A program made the translations under genes and the position numbers. This document shows, one piece after another, positions 30,901 to 41,801 of a stretch of DNA of 64,000 nucleotides. Each line of letters begins with the position of its first letter. The stretch's first letter is position 1. This DNA is from Bacteroidota bacterium (GTDB taxonomy: Bacteria; Bacteroidota; Bacteroidia; NS11-12g; UBA955): positions 96,567 to 160,566 of the forward strand of contig JAUXOK010000026.1 in NCBI GenBank assembly GCA_030682255.1, in the 5' to 3' direction. A model generated the notes under the pieces. It was not told the DNA's origin. It did not search any database and was given only the letters and a program-made list of their open reading frames with translations.

Positions 30901-31406
30901 TTAATGCTGTAAACACTAAAAAACTTCCTACTTCAGGCTCTGATGCTCAAGGAAAATCTAATTTGCGTATTATCAAAAGAGCGGGCAATAGCATTAATAA
31001 CACTGGTTTGCCAGGCTCTTATATTGGAGCTGTGAGCACCATCGATCCTCCTGATAGCAACATAGTTTTTAATTCGCAACTAAGCCGTTGGGAAGTGAGT
31101 TTTGACGTATTAGGATTTAGTGGCTTTTTTGTTAATACAGGAAACAAAGTTACTTCTTTAACAGAGCTCCCCAAAAATTTAAACAATGTAGAACTATTTC
31201 CTAATCCTACCAATGGAATCCTAAATATACTTAGCCATTATAACCAAGATTTTAAACTCAAATTAATGGATATTTCAGGCAAACTTTTAATTGAAAAAAC
31301 CTTTCAAGGAAATGGAACTCATCTATTAGATTTAAGTAATTTTTTGCCAGGCATCTACTTAGTTAAACTAAGTACCGGTGAAACCTTTAAGGTGATTAAA
31401 CAGTAA
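27984..31406 (+). CDS. 1140-aa repetitive cell-surface protein with a T9SS type-A sorting domain (Por_Secre_tail)
   Basis: Signal peptide MKIILLYSTLIICLFTNAQS; about 18-20 tandem copies of a roughly 61-aa unit (SNSLVGS.anDQVGsgGItaLSNGNYVV.Sp.WDNGaa.naGAVTWGNGTSGISGvVSa); C-terminus LFPNPTNGILNI...GIYLVKLSTGETFKVIKQ. Confidence 0.7.
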   Translation: MKIILLYSTLIICLFTNAQSTHVNGPIGSGEFGRSITILSNGNYVVTDPLFDDGTKADVGAAYLYNGSTHALISTLKGSTANDQVGSHGIIVLSNGNYLIHSFNWNNGTAFYAGAVTWGSATTGVSGVVGPSNSLVGSKANDRIGNSGILVLSNGNYLVLSTVWDNGAAIDAGAVTWGSDVLGVTGVVSESNSLVGSTSSDQVGSGGATLLSNGNYIVNSPTWDNGSISNAGAVTWGSGNSGISGAVSASNSLVGSTADNIVGNGGITILTNSNYVVRSSRWDNGTANDVGAVTWGNGTSGIIGAVSASNSLVGSTVNDQVGSGFIIALSNGNYVVNSPFWDNGAISNVGAVTWGNGTTGISGLVSASNSLVGSLANDQVGIVISTALSNGNYVVRSYNWDNGAASNAGAVTWGNGTSGITGAVSASNSLVGSTANDQVGINGITALSNGNYVVISRQWDNGAATDAGAVTWGNGTSGISGVISSSNSLVGSSASDQVGINGVAVLSNSNYVVISPNWNNGAATNAGAVTWGNGTSGISGVVSTSNSLVGSTTNNLVGSNGITALSNGNYLVMSPSWDYGTSTDLGAVTWSNGTTGISGVVSASNSLVGSSALDQVGVNGISLLSNGNYVVRSNNWDNGAVTNAGAVTWGNSNSGISGAVSASNSLVGSKVGDQVGSSGITVLSNGNYVVNSSNWDNGTAIQAGAVTWGNGNTGISGVVSVSNSLVGGTANNFVGNGSVIALANGNYVVRSFNWDNGAVSDVGAITWGSGTKGISGVVSESNSLIGSTANNLVGSASFNIFPNGYFVVRNPNWDNGTATDAGAFSLGNESKALTGVVNSCNSVLGNAANGGSKMISAFNTVHSYLLVGRPGDNILTIFNPIGQPLAVHLDSTSANIEGNTAVPLVNNACRIIASIQANGVNPVMDLVPAKVWIETNQTDSFVKRHFEITPIVNNNNATAKVILYFTQSEFDDFNAVNTKKLPTSGSDAQGKSNLRIIKRAGNSINNTGLPGSYIGAVSTIDPPDSNIVFNSQLSRWEVSFDVLGFSGFFVNTGNKVTSLTELPKNLNNVELFPNPTNGILNILSHYNQDFKLKLMDISGKLLIEKTFQGNGTHLLDLSNFLPGIYLVKLSTGETFKVIKQ
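28230..30480. repeat. intragenic tandem DNA repeat, period about 183 bp (encodes the roughly 61-aa protein repeats)
   Basis: Recurring tcttt(g)gtgggtagcac...ggcaattatgt...tgggacaatgg...gccgtcacttggggcaatggcacttcaggtatcagcggtg blocks across this interval. Confidence 0.7.
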
Positions 31407-31736
31407 GTTTTTTTTGAATCTTTTTTTCTCAATGACAATCATTACTTCATAATTACTTTAGCACAAATTGTTGTTATCACTTGAGGTATTCGGAAGAATT
31501 GTTTTTTGAGTTTTAAACATAAAAAAACAGCATAGAGCATATGAAATTAATTGCATTTTCTACCAGTTTTAAAATCTAATTTGTTACAAGAATTAATCTT
31601 ACAAACACATTTATTTTTATCACTAATGACAAAAAAAGGAATTATGATATTATTTATATAAACAACCTTTTTTTAAAAACTTTACAGTAAGTATTATGTT
31701 TATCTATCTTCACAAAACTAAATTACTTTTGCAATA

Positions 31737-32882
31737 ATGAGAATCCTGTTTCTTTTATATTCCTTTTACTTCGCATTTGTAACATTAAACATAGGTAGCT
31801 TAAATGCCCAAAGTCTTGCCAGAAGATATGTTAATAATCTATTAGACAATAAAAGCCCTACTTCAGAATCTCAACTTTTAATATACCCTTCTTTAGCTTA
31901 CGCACCAGAAACCACATGGGAATTTGGTTTCAATTCTTTATATGTGTATTTTGCTAAAAAAGACACAACTAACAGACTCAGCGAAATTAATGGTTTTACA
32001 TTTTTTACACTTCAGAATCAATATGGTGCTTTTTTTGATCATGCGATATATTCCGATAAAGATCGCTGGTTTTTTTTAGGCAAACTACGTTTTCAAAGTT
32101 TTCCGTTGTATTATCATGGCATTGGTGCAAATACACCCAAAGCTTATATTGCGAGAGTTGATGCTAATCAATTCAGTATAAAAGAACGTGTATTGAGAAA
32201 ATTAAAGAAGAATTTGTTTTTAGGTTTGGAAATGGAATTTCAAAACCTCTCAAACGTTGATTTTAAAAAACCCAAACATAGTCATACACCATTTCAACTA
32301 CCTTTGGGTTACCGTGGTTCAAGTAATTTAGGCTTAGGGTTTGGTTTAGTAAGAGACGATAGGCACAACGTTTTAAATGTTAGAAAGGGCTTTTTTTCAG
32401 AGTTGGCTTTTTTGCATTATAACCCAAAATGGGGCAGTAATTTTAATTTCACAACCTTTACTTCCGATACCAGATTATACAGACCAATTGGCAAAAGAAA
32501 TGTGTTGGCAGCGCAGTTTTTAGGGCAGTTTAATATTGGTTCAGTTCCTTTTAATCAATTAGCGTTATTGGGAGGAGAAAGCATGATGAGAGGTTATTAT
32601 TATGGCAGATACCGTGACAAAAATCAATTAGCGGCTCAGGCTGAATATCGTTTTTTACCTATCCCATTCCGATTTTCCAAAAGAATAGGTGCAGTAGTTT
32701 TTGCAGGAGCAGGAACTGTGTTTGACAAAACCAGTAACATTGCGCTTGACAACATTAAATTAACGGGAGGTGCTGGTCTGCGTTTTTTATTATTCCCTAA
32801 AAAAGATATTTGGACTCGCTTGGATTATGCAGTCACAAGAGAAGGTGGTGGAATCTATTTGCTAATAGGAGAGGCTTTTTAA
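31737..32882 (+). CDS. outer-membrane beta-barrel protein, Omp85/BamA-TamA-like C-terminal domain
   Basis: Signal peptide plus alternating amphipathic strands; C-terminus ...GGAGLRFLLFPKKDIWTRLDYAV resembles the surface-antigen beta-barrel terminus with the terminal aromatic residue. Confidence 0.5.
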   Translation: MRILFLLYSFYFAFVTLNIGSLNAQSLARRYVNNLLDNKSPTSESQLLIYPSLAYAPETTWEFGFNSLYVYFAKKDTTNRLSEINGFTFFTLQNQYGAFFDHAIYSDKDRWFFLGKLRFQSFPLYYHGIGANTPKAYIARVDANQFSIKERVLRKLKKNLFLGLEMEFQNLSNVDFKKPKHSHTPFQLPLGYRGSSNLGLGFGLVRDDRHNVLNVRKGFFSELAFLHYNPKWGSNFNFTTFTSDTRLYRPIGKRNVLAAQFLGQFNIGSVPFNQLALLGGESMMRGYYYGRYRDKNQLAAQAEYRFLPIPFRFSKRIGAVVFAGAGTVFDKTSNIALDNIKLTGGAGLRFLLFPKKDIWTRLDYAVTREGGGIYLLIGEAF

Positions 32883-33498
32883 ACTAGTTTGTTTAACAAG
32901 ATCATTTTTTTAATCATATCTAAAATTGGTGTTTATTTATTATATTACTAAAAGTCAACACGAATAATATAGTAAAGTCAAACAAATCGTAAATTTGAAC
33001 TAATGTTCACAACAATTATGACCTTGAATTAGTCAGAAAGTTATAAAATTCTCCCCCCTTATAAATCCTATCATTTTTTTGTTAGTATTGCATCTGTATG
33101 AAAAGATATCAAACTATTTTAATTTGTGTATTTAGCTTGGTGTTATAGAGCAAAACTAATTCGCCCCTTTACAGTATCGATAAGTTCAGTAAAAGTTGTA
33201 GCGAATCCTTATTCAATTAAGGATAGGCTAAGGAAGACAATGAACTTAGTGAAGCGGTGTCACGATTGAAAGGAGTAAAAGGCGCCAAAATGGTTTTTAA
33301 ACATTTTAGATACTATTAAGATACATTGGAGGATTGAAAACTATTTGGTATATTTAGTTCACCTTAAAATATTTGTATTTGAAATAGGAATGGTGAATTT
33401 GTGAGGAAAAACATAATTAAATAATTGAATCGAATTTTCCTGCAGTTTGCAAAATGCCCATAAATCTATATCTTTGAAATAAGTTTTAAATATTTGTC

Positions 33499-34056
33499 AT
33501 GAAAAAATGTTTGGTTTTCGTTTTGTTTTATGCATTGATGTTAGAAGTGGCATTGGCTCAACATCCAACATTTTATCTTTTTTCGGGTGTTGGCAAATCG
33601 CTTAAAGGCATAAATTATAATCTTTTTAATGTTGGCACTAAAATCAAGTTGTCTAAGCAGAAAAAACTACACTTTAATATAGAATACTATCACACTGAAA
33701 AAAGACTGAATTATACTTACTATTTCCCCAATGATTATGCCTATTATAATAAAAGGTCTGCTATTTTGATGGGAATGCATAATGAATTTACTTTGAGCAA
33801 TGATTTGGCATTAGGTATTGGTGCAGGCATTTCTTATTCAACTTTGAAAAGCAAACTCAACAGCAGCACTCCCTATTTAAATGAAATCTTATTAAATCAA
33901 CACCAACACAATCAGGTTAAATTGTATTTTACCCTGTTTTTAGATTACATGGTAAGCAAGAGAAGTAGTGTCTATTTAAAATACAACAAACAGAGGGCAT
34001 ACAACGGTATTCTTCCTGGCACAATTTTAAGTTTAGGGTTTTGCAAAGGATTTTAA
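33499..34056 (+). CDS. small outer-membrane beta-barrel (porin-family-like) protein
   Basis: Signal peptide MKKCLVFVLFYALMLEVALAQ; alternating hydrophobic pattern; C-terminal aromatic residue. Confidence 0.4.
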   Translation: MKKCLVFVLFYALMLEVALAQHPTFYLFSGVGKSLKGINYNLFNVGTKIKLSKQKKLHFNIEYYHTEKRLNYTYYFPNDYAYYNKRSAILMGMHNEFTLSNDLALGIGAGISYSTLKSKLNSSTPYLNEILLNQHQHNQVKLYFTLFLDYMVSKRSSVYLKYNKQRAYNGILPGTILSLGFCKGF

Positions 34057-34064
34057 TAAATAAT

Positions 34065-34634
34065 ATGAATATAAGAATTTTATACAATACTATGGTTTTG
34101 TTTTTATTAATTGCTTGCGAAAAAAAGGTCGATAATTTTTTGCCTGATGGCAATATTAACGATGGCATTCATGATTTGAAAGTTTATGAAGAACTGAAAG
34201 GAGATCCAAGCAAAATGAATGTTTATACCAGAGATGGTTATCCACCTTACAGATTGTTAGATACCTTGAAAAAATATGACATTCAATATTTTACAGATTC
34301 AGTAACCTGCAATCGATTTATAAAAATAGAAGATACAAGTTTTACTATGACAGGTTTTGATTTTGAAAATTATGTTTTAGTACCAATGTTCATTAGCAGT
34401 GCATATTCAGTGACTAGTTATAATATTTATCCATTATACCAAGTAAAATGTATTTTAAACACAGTTTCAAAAACAGCGACAATTATTGTGAGGTCTAAAT
34501 ATGTTATTAATAAAGATAGAAATAGTAGCACTTCTGGGGTATACTTAAACTATATAAAGTGGTTAAGTGTGCCCAAATTACCAAATGGGTATCAATTGAT
34601 AGTGCCTAAGTATGTAGATTCTTATGATTATTAG
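34065..34634 (+). CDS. hypothetical lipoprotein
   Basis: MNIRILYNTMVLFLLIAC contains a lipobox-like LIAC motif. Track ORF starts at TTG 34041, overlapping the upstream gene. Confidence 0.4.
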   Translation: MNIRILYNTMVLFLLIACEKKVDNFLPDGNINDGIHDLKVYEELKGDPSKMNVYTRDGYPPYRLLDTLKKYDIQYFTDSVTCNRFIKIEDTSFTMTGFDFENYVLVPMFISSAYSVTSYNIYPLYQVKCILNTVSKTATIIVRSKYVINKDRNSSTSGVYLNYIKWLSVPKLPNGYQLIVPKYVDSYDY

Positions 34635-34893
34635 TCAATTTATTTCAAACAAGTCAACCATCCATTTTTTAATGTGTTATTGTTATTGTATTGACTTTGA
34701 TTCATAAAAATTATTAATCAACACTATTATTGCTCGATATTATCAACCTTCAGATAACACCTGAGACTATTAACTAGAAACCTTTAACTAATAAGCATTC
34801 TTAATCGGTATATATTTCTCTAAAATCTATGTTATAGAATTTTAGTATAAAGTATATCTTTGCAAAATTATTAAAAACGCTTCTACAAATAAC

Positions 34894-36009
34894 ATGAAAC
34901 CCATTCAAATGGTTGACTTAGCAAGTCAATACCATCGCTTTAAACCTGAAATAGACAATGCCATTTCTGATGTTTTAAACAGTGCCAGCTATATCAATGG
35001 GCCTGCTGTTAAACAATTTTCTAAAAACTTAGAGGCGTATTTGGATGTGAAACACGTGATTCCATGTGCTAACGGAACGGATGCTCTGCAAATTGCGCTA
35101 ATGGCATTGGATTTACCCGAAGGTAGCGAAGTCATTACACCTGGATTTTCATACATTGCTTTGGCAGAGGTTTGTTGTTTATTAAAACTTAAACCTGTTT
35201 ATGTGGATGTAGATAAAAACACATTCAACATAGATGTGAATCAGATAGAGGCATTAATAACTAAAAACACCAAAGTGATTGCACCTGTGCATTTATATGG
35301 TCAATGTGCTGACATGGAATCTATCATGAAAATTGCCCAGAAATATAGCTTGTTTGTAATAGAAGACAATGCACAATCAATAGGCGCTGACTATGTTTTT
35401 TCGGATGGCAAAGTGATGAAATCTGGCACAATAGGCGATATTGGCACAACTTCGTTTTTTCCATCTAAAAACTTAGGTTGCTATGGTGATGGCGGTGCTA
35501 TTTATACCAACAACGATGCACTTGGCGAGAAACTTAAAATGATTGCCAATCATGGTCAAAGGGTTAAATACATCCACGATGTGGTAGGCGTTAATTCTAG
35601 ATTAGACAGTGTGCAAGCAGCCGTTTTGAATGTTAAATTGAATCATTTAGATACTTTCAATGCTGAAAGACAAGAGGTAGCAAAAGCATATGATTTAGCA
35701 TTTGCAAATCACAAAAACTTAAAACCACCTTTTAAAAGTTCAAACTCTTCTCATGTTTATCATCAATACACGCTTCAAACCTGTGCTGTAGATATTCCAA
35801 AATTTAGAGAAGCCATGCAAGAAAAAGGCATTCCAACGATGATATATTATCCGCTACCACTTTATAAACAAAACGCCTATCAACAAGATATTCAATTACC
35901 CATTGCAGAGATGTTGAGCAATAGCGTGGTGAGTTTACCAATTGGCACCGATATGGAAGAAGAACAAATTAAATACATTATCAATACCATCTTAAATTAC
36001 TTTAATTAA
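34894..36009 (+). CDS. DegT/DnrJ/EryC1/StrS-family PLP-dependent sugar aminotransferase
   Basis: ...[13 protein letters not shown]...; a PLP-lysine region around [22 protein letters not shown]. Confidence 0.85.
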   Translation: MKPIQMVDLASQYHRFKPEIDNAISDVLNSASYINGPAVKQFSKNLEAYLDVKHVIPCANGTDALQIALMALDLPEGSEVITPGFSYIALAEVCCLLKLKPVYVDVDKNTFNIDVNQIEALITKNTKVIAPVHLYGQCADMESIMKIAQKYSLFVIEDNAQSIGADYVFSDGKVMKSGTIGDIGTTSFFPSKNLGCYGDGGAIYTNNDALGEKLKMIANHGQRVKYIHDVVGVNSRLDSVQAAVLNVKLNHLDTFNAERQEVAKAYDLAFANHKNLKPPFKSSNSSHVYHQYTLQTCAVDIPKFREAMQEKGIPTMIYYPLPLYKQNAYQQDIQLPIAEMLSNSVVSLPIGTDMEEEQIKYIINTILNYFN

Positions 36010-36014
36010 TTAAA

Positions 36015-37337
36015 ATGAAAATAGCAGTTATAGGGACCGGATATGTTGGATTAGTAACAGGCACATGTTTTGCCGAAGTAGGCATCAATGTGGTTTGTAT
36101 CGACATAGACCAAAAGAAAATCGAAAATTTAAAAAAAGGCATTTTACCCATTTATGAACCAGGATTAGATGAAATGGTGAAACGCAATTTTGATAAAGGT
36201 AGATTGCAATTTTCTACTGATTTAAAATCAAGTATTGAGGGATGTGAAGCCGCATTTATTGCAGTTGGAACCCCGCCAGATGAAGATGGCAGTGCGGATT
36301 TAAAATACGTGTTAGGTGTTGCCAAAGAAATAGGCACATACATGACCGATTATATCGTGGTGATTACCAAAAGCACGGTCCCTGTTGGAACCGCTAAAAA
36401 GGTAAAACATGCTGTTGCAGAGGCTTTGGCTTCAAGAAATTCTAGTTTAAGTTTTGATGTGGCAAGTAATCCTGAGTTTTTAAAAGAAGGTGCTGCCATT
36501 GATGATTTTATGAAACCAGATAGAATTGTAATTGGTGTTGAAAGTGAGAAAGCCGAAGAGGTTTTACAAAGATTATACAAACCATTTTTACTAAACGGAC
36601 ATCCATGTATCTTTATGGATATTCCAAGTGCAGAAATGACCAAATACGCAGCAAACAGTATGTTGGCTACCAAAATTAGTTTTATGAACGATATTGCCAA
36701 TTTATGCGAACTGATGGGTGCAGATGTTAATGCTGTTAGAAAAGGCATAGGCAGCGACACCAGAATTGGACATAAATTCATTTATCCAGGTATTGGTTAT
36801 GGTGGCAGTTGTTTTCCAAAGGATGTGAAAGCCTTGATTAAAACTGCTGACGAAAATGGTTATGACATGAAGGTTTTAAAAGCTGTTGAGGATGTAAACG
36901 ATGGTCAAAAACATGTGATGTTCTCTAAATTAAAAAAATATTTCAGAGATTTGAATGGCAAAAAAATTGCACTTTGGGGTTTATCTTTCAAACCTAAAAC
37001 AGACGACATGAGAGAGGCACCAAGTTTGGTTTTGATAGATCAATTGCTAGCAGCAGGTGCTAGTGTTTTGGCATACGACCCCGTAGCAATGCACGAAGCA
37101 CAAAGAATCCTAGGCGATTCTATTACATTTTGCAACGAACAATACGACACCTTAGACAAAGCCGATGCTTTGGTAATCGTAACAGAATGGCCAGAGTTCC
37201 GTTCGCCAGATTTCGAGAAAATTGGAAGTTTATTAAATCAAAAAGCAATTTTTGATGGCAGAAACATCTACGAACCACAAGAAATGAAAACATTGGGTTA
37301 TCACTACGAATGTATTGGTAGAGAAATAGTAAATTAA
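36015..37337 (+). CDS. ugd: UDP-glucose 6-dehydrogenase
   Basis: N-terminal Rossmann motif [14 protein letters not shown]; catalytic region [11 protein letters not shown]. Confidence 0.9.
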   Translation: MKIAVIGTGYVGLVTGTCFAEVGINVVCIDIDQKKIENLKKGILPIYEPGLDEMVKRNFDKGRLQFSTDLKSSIEGCEAAFIAVGTPPDEDGSADLKYVLGVAKEIGTYMTDYIVVITKSTVPVGTAKKVKHAVAEALASRNSSLSFDVASNPEFLKEGAAIDDFMKPDRIVIGVESEKAEEVLQRLYKPFLLNGHPCIFMDIPSAEMTKYAANSMLATKISFMNDIANLCELMGADVNAVRKGIGSDTRIGHKFIYPGIGYGGSCFPKDVKALIKTADENGYDMKVLKAVEDVNDGQKHVMFSKLKKYFRDLNGKKIALWGLSFKPKTDDMREAPSLVLIDQLLAAGASVLAYDPVAMHEAQRILGDSITFCNEQYDTLDKADALVIVTEWPEFRSPDFEKIGSLLNQKAIFDGRNIYEPQEMKTLGYHYECIGREIVN

Positions 37338-37343
37338 TAAAAA

Positions 37344-38330
37344 ATGACACAAAAACGCGTTTTAATAACAGGTGCAGCAGGATTTTTAGGTTCTCATCTT
37401 TGTGATAGATTTATCAAAGAAGATTTTCATGTCATAGGCATGGACAATTTAATAACAGGTGATTTAAGAAACATTGAACATTTGTTTAAACTCAAAAACT
37501 TTGAGTTTTATCACCACGATGTTTCCAAATTTGTGCATGTACCAGGAGAGTTGGATTACATTTTACATTTTGCTTCACCTGCAAGTCCAATCGATTATTT
37601 AAAAATTCCAATTCAAACCTTAAAAGTGGGTTCTTTGGGCACTCATAATTTGTTGGGTTTGGCATTGGCAAAAAAAGCAAGAATATTAGTAGCCTCAACC
37701 AGCGAAGTGTATGGCGACCCTTTGGTTCATCCACAAAACGAAGACTATTGGGGCAATGTTAATCCTGTTGGACCAAGAGGTGTTTATGACGAAGCCAAAC
37801 GTTTTCAAGAAGCTATTACCATGGCATATCACACCTATCATGGGTTAGAAACCAGAATTGTTAGGATATTTAATACTTATGGTCCACGTATGCGTCTGAA
37901 TGACGGCAGAGTGTTGCCTGCATTTATTGGTCAGGCATTGAGAGGTGAAGATTTAACCGCTTTTGGCGATGGTAGTCAGACGCGTTCATTTTGTTATGTA
38001 GACGATTTAATCGAAGGCATCTACAGATTGTTAATGAGCGATTGTGCTACTCCAGTAAACATTGGTAACCCGAATGAAATCACCATCAATGAGTTTGCCC
38101 AAGAAATCATCAAATTGACAGGCACTTCTCAAAAAGTAATCTACAAACCATTACCACAAGACGACCCCAAACAAAGAAAACCAGACACCACCAAAGCCCA
38201 AGAACTATTGAAATGGGAGCCGAAAGTAAGTCGTGAAGAAGGTTTAAGAATTACCTACGAATACTTTAAATCTCTACCCAAAGAGCGTTGGTACGAAGAG
38301 CCTCATGGCAGGGATTTTGGGAAGAAGTAA
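37344..38330 (+). CDS. UDP-glucuronate decarboxylase (UDP-xylose synthase; SDR/NAD-dependent epimerase family)
   Basis: [14 protein letters not shown]...; overall UXS-like sequence, including the YDEAKR catalytic motif. Confidence 0.85.
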   Translation: MTQKRVLITGAAGFLGSHLCDRFIKEDFHVIGMDNLITGDLRNIEHLFKLKNFEFYHHDVSKFVHVPGELDYILHFASPASPIDYLKIPIQTLKVGSLGTHNLLGLALAKKARILVASTSEVYGDPLVHPQNEDYWGNVNPVGPRGVYDEAKRFQEAITMAYHTYHGLETRIVRIFNTYGPRMRLNDGRVLPAFIGQALRGEDLTAFGDGSQTRSFCYVDDLIEGIYRLLMSDCATPVNIGNPNEITINEFAQEIIKLTGTSQKVIYKPLPQDDPKQRKPDTTKAQELLKWEPKVSREEGLRITYEYFKSLPKERWYEEPHGRDFGKK

Positions 38331-38434
38331 ATCATTTTTGATTTTGGGTTTTAGATTTGTGATTTGTGAGCTTGGTTCTTTATTTTTATTTTTTTTGATT
38401 ATTAAAGTTTATTTGTTTTCTTTGTGATTACAAT

Positions 38435-40501
38435 ATGAGACTATACCTTTTATTAATAATTCTTATATCTTCATTTGCTGAAAATACAATTGCTCAAAAA
38501 TTTGAATGGGCGAAGCAACAAGGAGGTCAAAGATATGATAGGGGCCATTCTGTAGCAATAGACAACTATGGAAATGTTTACACAACAGGTGTTTTTTCTT
38601 TTTATGCTGATTTTAATCCTGGAAAAGATACAAACTACCTCTTTTCAAATGGGGAGGCAGATATATTTATCTCTAAGTTAGATGCCATGGGCAATTTTGT
38701 TTGGGTTAAGCAAATAGGAGGAACAGGGTGGGAAGAAGGCAATTCAATTGTAGTAGATATCTTGGGCAGTGTTTATATTACTGGTAGTTTTTCAGGAACC
38801 GTTGATTTTGATCCAAGTGAAGATACTACTTTTCTAACATCACATGGAATGACCGATATTTTTGTATTAAAATTAGATGCATCTGGCAATTATCTTTGGG
38901 CAAAAAGGTTTGGTGGTTTAGAAAATGACATTGGTACTTCTATTACTTTAGATGCCACTGGAAATATTTATACTACTGGAATATTTAGAGGGTCTGTAGA
39001 CTTTGACCCTGGATTAAGTGTTGTCGAATATAATTCAATAGGCGATTATGATATTTTCATATCAAAATTAGATTCCAAAGGCAATTTCATTTGGGCTAAA
39101 CAATTAGGTGGATTAAATGGAGATGCAAGTTATTCTATAGCTATTGATGCACAAGGATATGTTTATACTACTGGGAGTTTTAAAGGAACAGTTGACTTTG
39201 ATCTTGGAATAGACTCATCTTATTTAAGTTCAACAGGTCATAGAGGGGATATGTATATTTCTAAATTAGATTCTAATGGTAATTTTGTTTGGGCAAAACA
39301 AATTATGGGAACAGATTTGGTAATTGGTCGCTCAATCACTACTGATGATTCAGGGAATGTATACACCACTGGATACTTTGAAAGTAGAATAGACTTTGAT
39401 CTCGCAAATGGGAACATTAATTTCACTTCAGATGGATACTCTGATATTTTTATTTCTAAATTAGATTCTAACGGTATTTTTGTTTGGGCTAAACAAATTG
39501 GAGGAAGTGGTGTTGATGAATGTCATTCAATTGCAATTAACAAATCAGGAGATATTTATACTACAGGTAGTTTTTCCGAATCTGTTGATTTTGACCCCGG
39601 TTCAGATTCCTTCAATTTGAAAGCAAAATACGAGGATGTTTTTATTTCCAAATTAGACAATGCTGGTAATTTCATATGGGCAAAACAATTATTAGGTACA
39701 AATTTTGGCAATGGCACGTCTTTAGTTTTAGATGTATCAAACAATATTTATACAACTGGCTATTTTTTTGGCACTGTTGACTTTGACCCAGGTAAAGGCA
39801 CTACTAATTTTATTCAAGCTGTTCCAAATAGCTTCTCTGATATTTTTGTTCTTAAGCTATCATCATGTACTACTGCTGTAGTTACAGACACAAGAACCGC
39901 CTGCAACTCTTACACATGGATTGATGGAAAAATCTATACATCAAGCAACAACAATGCTCAATTTATAATTTCTGAAGGTGCTGCTAATGGTTGTGATAGC
40001 ATAGTAACACTTAATCTAACAATCAATAATATTTCTGATATTACAACATCTACTTCTGGTTCAAATATTACTGCAAACAATAATATAGCTACTTACCAAT
40101 GGCTAGATTGCAACAATAACTTTGCTAAAATTTCAGGCGCTTCCAATCAAATATTTTCACCAACTTTAAACGGAAGTTATGCAGTTGAACTTACTGAAAA
40201 TAGCTGTGTTGATACAAGTTCTTGTGTTGTTTTTTCAAATCTTAATATAGTTGAGAATGATTTAGGATTTGAGCTTGTATTTTATCCTAATCCAACGAAT
40301 GGAAAATTAATAATTGAATTAGGCAAAGAACTAAACAATGTGCAATTAACAGTTCGTAATTTGTTAGGTCAAGAAATTTATTATAAAAACTATGCTTCTG
40401 CAAATCAAATTGAATTGAATTTAGAAAGCCCTTCAGGCATTTACTTAATAGAAATACTTAGTAATGGGAAAAAAGCGGTTTTAAAAATTCTTAAAGAATA
40501 A
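38435..40501 (+). CDS. SBBP-repeat (beta-propeller) protein with a T9SS type-A sorting domain
   Basis: Repeated GN.YTTGxFxGTVDFDPG.... FISKLD..GNFVWAKQ units; C-terminus FYPNPTNGKLIIEL...GIYLIEILSNGKKAVLKILKE. Confidence 0.7.
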   Translation: MRLYLLLIILISSFAENTIAQKFEWAKQQGGQRYDRGHSVAIDNYGNVYTTGVFSFYADFNPGKDTNYLFSNGEADIFISKLDAMGNFVWVKQIGGTGWEEGNSIVVDILGSVYITGSFSGTVDFDPSEDTTFLTSHGMTDIFVLKLDASGNYLWAKRFGGLENDIGTSITLDATGNIYTTGIFRGSVDFDPGLSVVEYNSIGDYDIFISKLDSKGNFIWAKQLGGLNGDASYSIAIDAQGYVYTTGSFKGTVDFDLGIDSSYLSSTGHRGDMYISKLDSNGNFVWAKQIMGTDLVIGRSITTDDSGNVYTTGYFESRIDFDLANGNINFTSDGYSDIFISKLDSNGIFVWAKQIGGSGVDECHSIAINKSGDIYTTGSFSESVDFDPGSDSFNLKAKYEDVFISKLDNAGNFIWAKQLLGTNFGNGTSLVLDVSNNIYTTGYFFGTVDFDPGKGTTNFIQAVPNSFSDIFVLKLSSCTTAVVTDTRTACNSYTWIDGKIYTSSNNNAQFIISEGAANGCDSIVTLNLTINNISDITTSTSGSNITANNNIATYQWLDCNNNFAKISGASNQIFSPTLNGSYAVELTENSCVDTSSCVVFSNLNIVENDLGFELVFYPNPTNGKLIIELGKELNNVQLTVRNLLGQEIYYKNYASANQIELNLESPSGIYLIEILSNGKKAVLKILKE

Positions 40502-40503
40502 AA

Positions 40504-41727
40504 TCAATCACTATTTCTCAATATTGTTTGTTCGATAATATCACAACATTTGTTAACTTCTTGCTCGTTGATAACCAAAGGTGGTGCAAAACGGATGATA
40601 TGGTCGTGGGTCTGTTTGGCTAACAAGCCATTTTCTTTTAGCTCTAAACAAATATGGTAAGCTGTTTTGCCATCACCGAAAGGTTTTATAACAGCGGCAT
40701 TCAACAAGCCTTTTCCTCTCACAGTTTCAATTAAAGGAGATGCAATAGCTGACAATCTATTCCTGAATATTTCTCCCATTTTAAAAGCATTGTCGGCTAA
40801 ATTTTCATCTTTAACAACTTTTAAGGCTGCCATCGCAACTGCACAAGCCAATGGATTCCCACCAAAAGTACTACCATGTTCTCCAGGTTTTATGACATCC
40901 ATGATGGCTTGATGGGTTAACACAGCCGAAACTGGAAAAACACCTCCACCAAGGGCTTTACCTAAAATTAAAATATCAGGTTTTACATTTTCATAATCAC
41001 TAGCTAAAAGCTTACCTGTTCGCGCTATTCCTGTTTGCACCTCGTCTGCAATGAATAAAACATTGTATTTTTTGCAAATCTGATAAGCTTTTGATAAATA
41101 GCCTTCATCTGGCACAACTACACCCGCTTCGCCCTGAATCGGTTCAACCATAAAACCAGCAACATTCCCTTTAGAAAGGATTTCCTCAAGGGCATTTAAA
41201 TCATTGTATGGAATGGTTTCAAAACCGGGTGTGAAGGGTCCAAAATTCGTATAACTATTTGGATCGGTGCTTGAACTAACAGCTGCGATGGTTCTGCCCC
41301 AAAAATTATTTTTAGCAAATACAATTTTAGCTTCATTTGCAGGAATTCCTTTGATTTCGTATGCCCATTTTCTACAAATTTTAATGGCAGTTTCGCCACC
41401 TTCAACGCCTGTGTTCATGGGTAATAATTTTTCGTATCCAAAAAAATCGCATACAAACTCCGCATATTCTCCTAACAAATTATTGTGAAATGCGCGTGAT
41501 GTAAGGGTTAATTTCTTGGCTTGTTCAGTTAAAGCTTCAATAATTTTAGGATGACAATGCCCTTGATTTACCGCAGAGTATGCCGACAAGCAATCATAAT
41601 ATTGTTTACCCTCTACATCCCAAACGTAAATACCCTGTCCTCTTTCAATAACTACTGGTAACGGATGGTAATTATGAGCATTGAATTTGTTTTCGAGCTG
41701 AATGTAATAAGCTGAATTTTTAATCAT
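40504..41727 (-). CDS. rocD: ornithine--oxo-acid aminotransferase (class-III aminotransferase)
   Basis: ...[33 protein letters not shown]...; PLP-lysine region [15 protein letters not shown]. The ATG at 41727 (MIKNSAYY) is preferred over the track start. Confidence 0.85.
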   Translation of the reverse strand: MIKNSAYYIQLENKFNAHNYHPLPVVIERGQGIYVWDVEGKQYYDCLSAYSAVNQGHCHPKIIEALTEQAKKLTLTSRAFHNNLLGEYAEFVCDFFGYEKLLPMNTGVEGGETAIKICRKWAYEIKGIPANEAKIVFAKNNFWGRTIAAVSSSTDPNSYTNFGPFTPGFETIPYNDLNALEEILSKGNVAGFMVEPIQGEAGVVVPDEGYLSKAYQICKKYNVLFIADEVQTGIARTGKLLASDYENVKPDILILGKALGGGVFPVSAVLTHQAIMDVIKPGEHGSTFGGNPLACAVAMAALKVVKDENLADNAFKMGEIFRNRLSAIASPLIETVRGKGLLNAAVIKPFGDGKTAYHICLELKENGLLAKQTHDHIIRFAPPLVINEQEVNKCCDIIEQTILRNSD

Positions 41728-41747
41728 GATATTGAATTTTATAAATA

Positions 41748-41775
41748 AAATGCCCCTCAATTTTGAAGGGCATTG
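41748..41775 (-). terminator. probable rho-independent terminator after sucD (imperfect stem)
   Basis: Minus-strand read GCCCTTCAAaaTTGAGGGGC followed by ATTTTATTT. Confidence 0.45.
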
Positions 41776-41801
41776 TAAAAACTATGTTGTTTATTTTTAA
41801 A

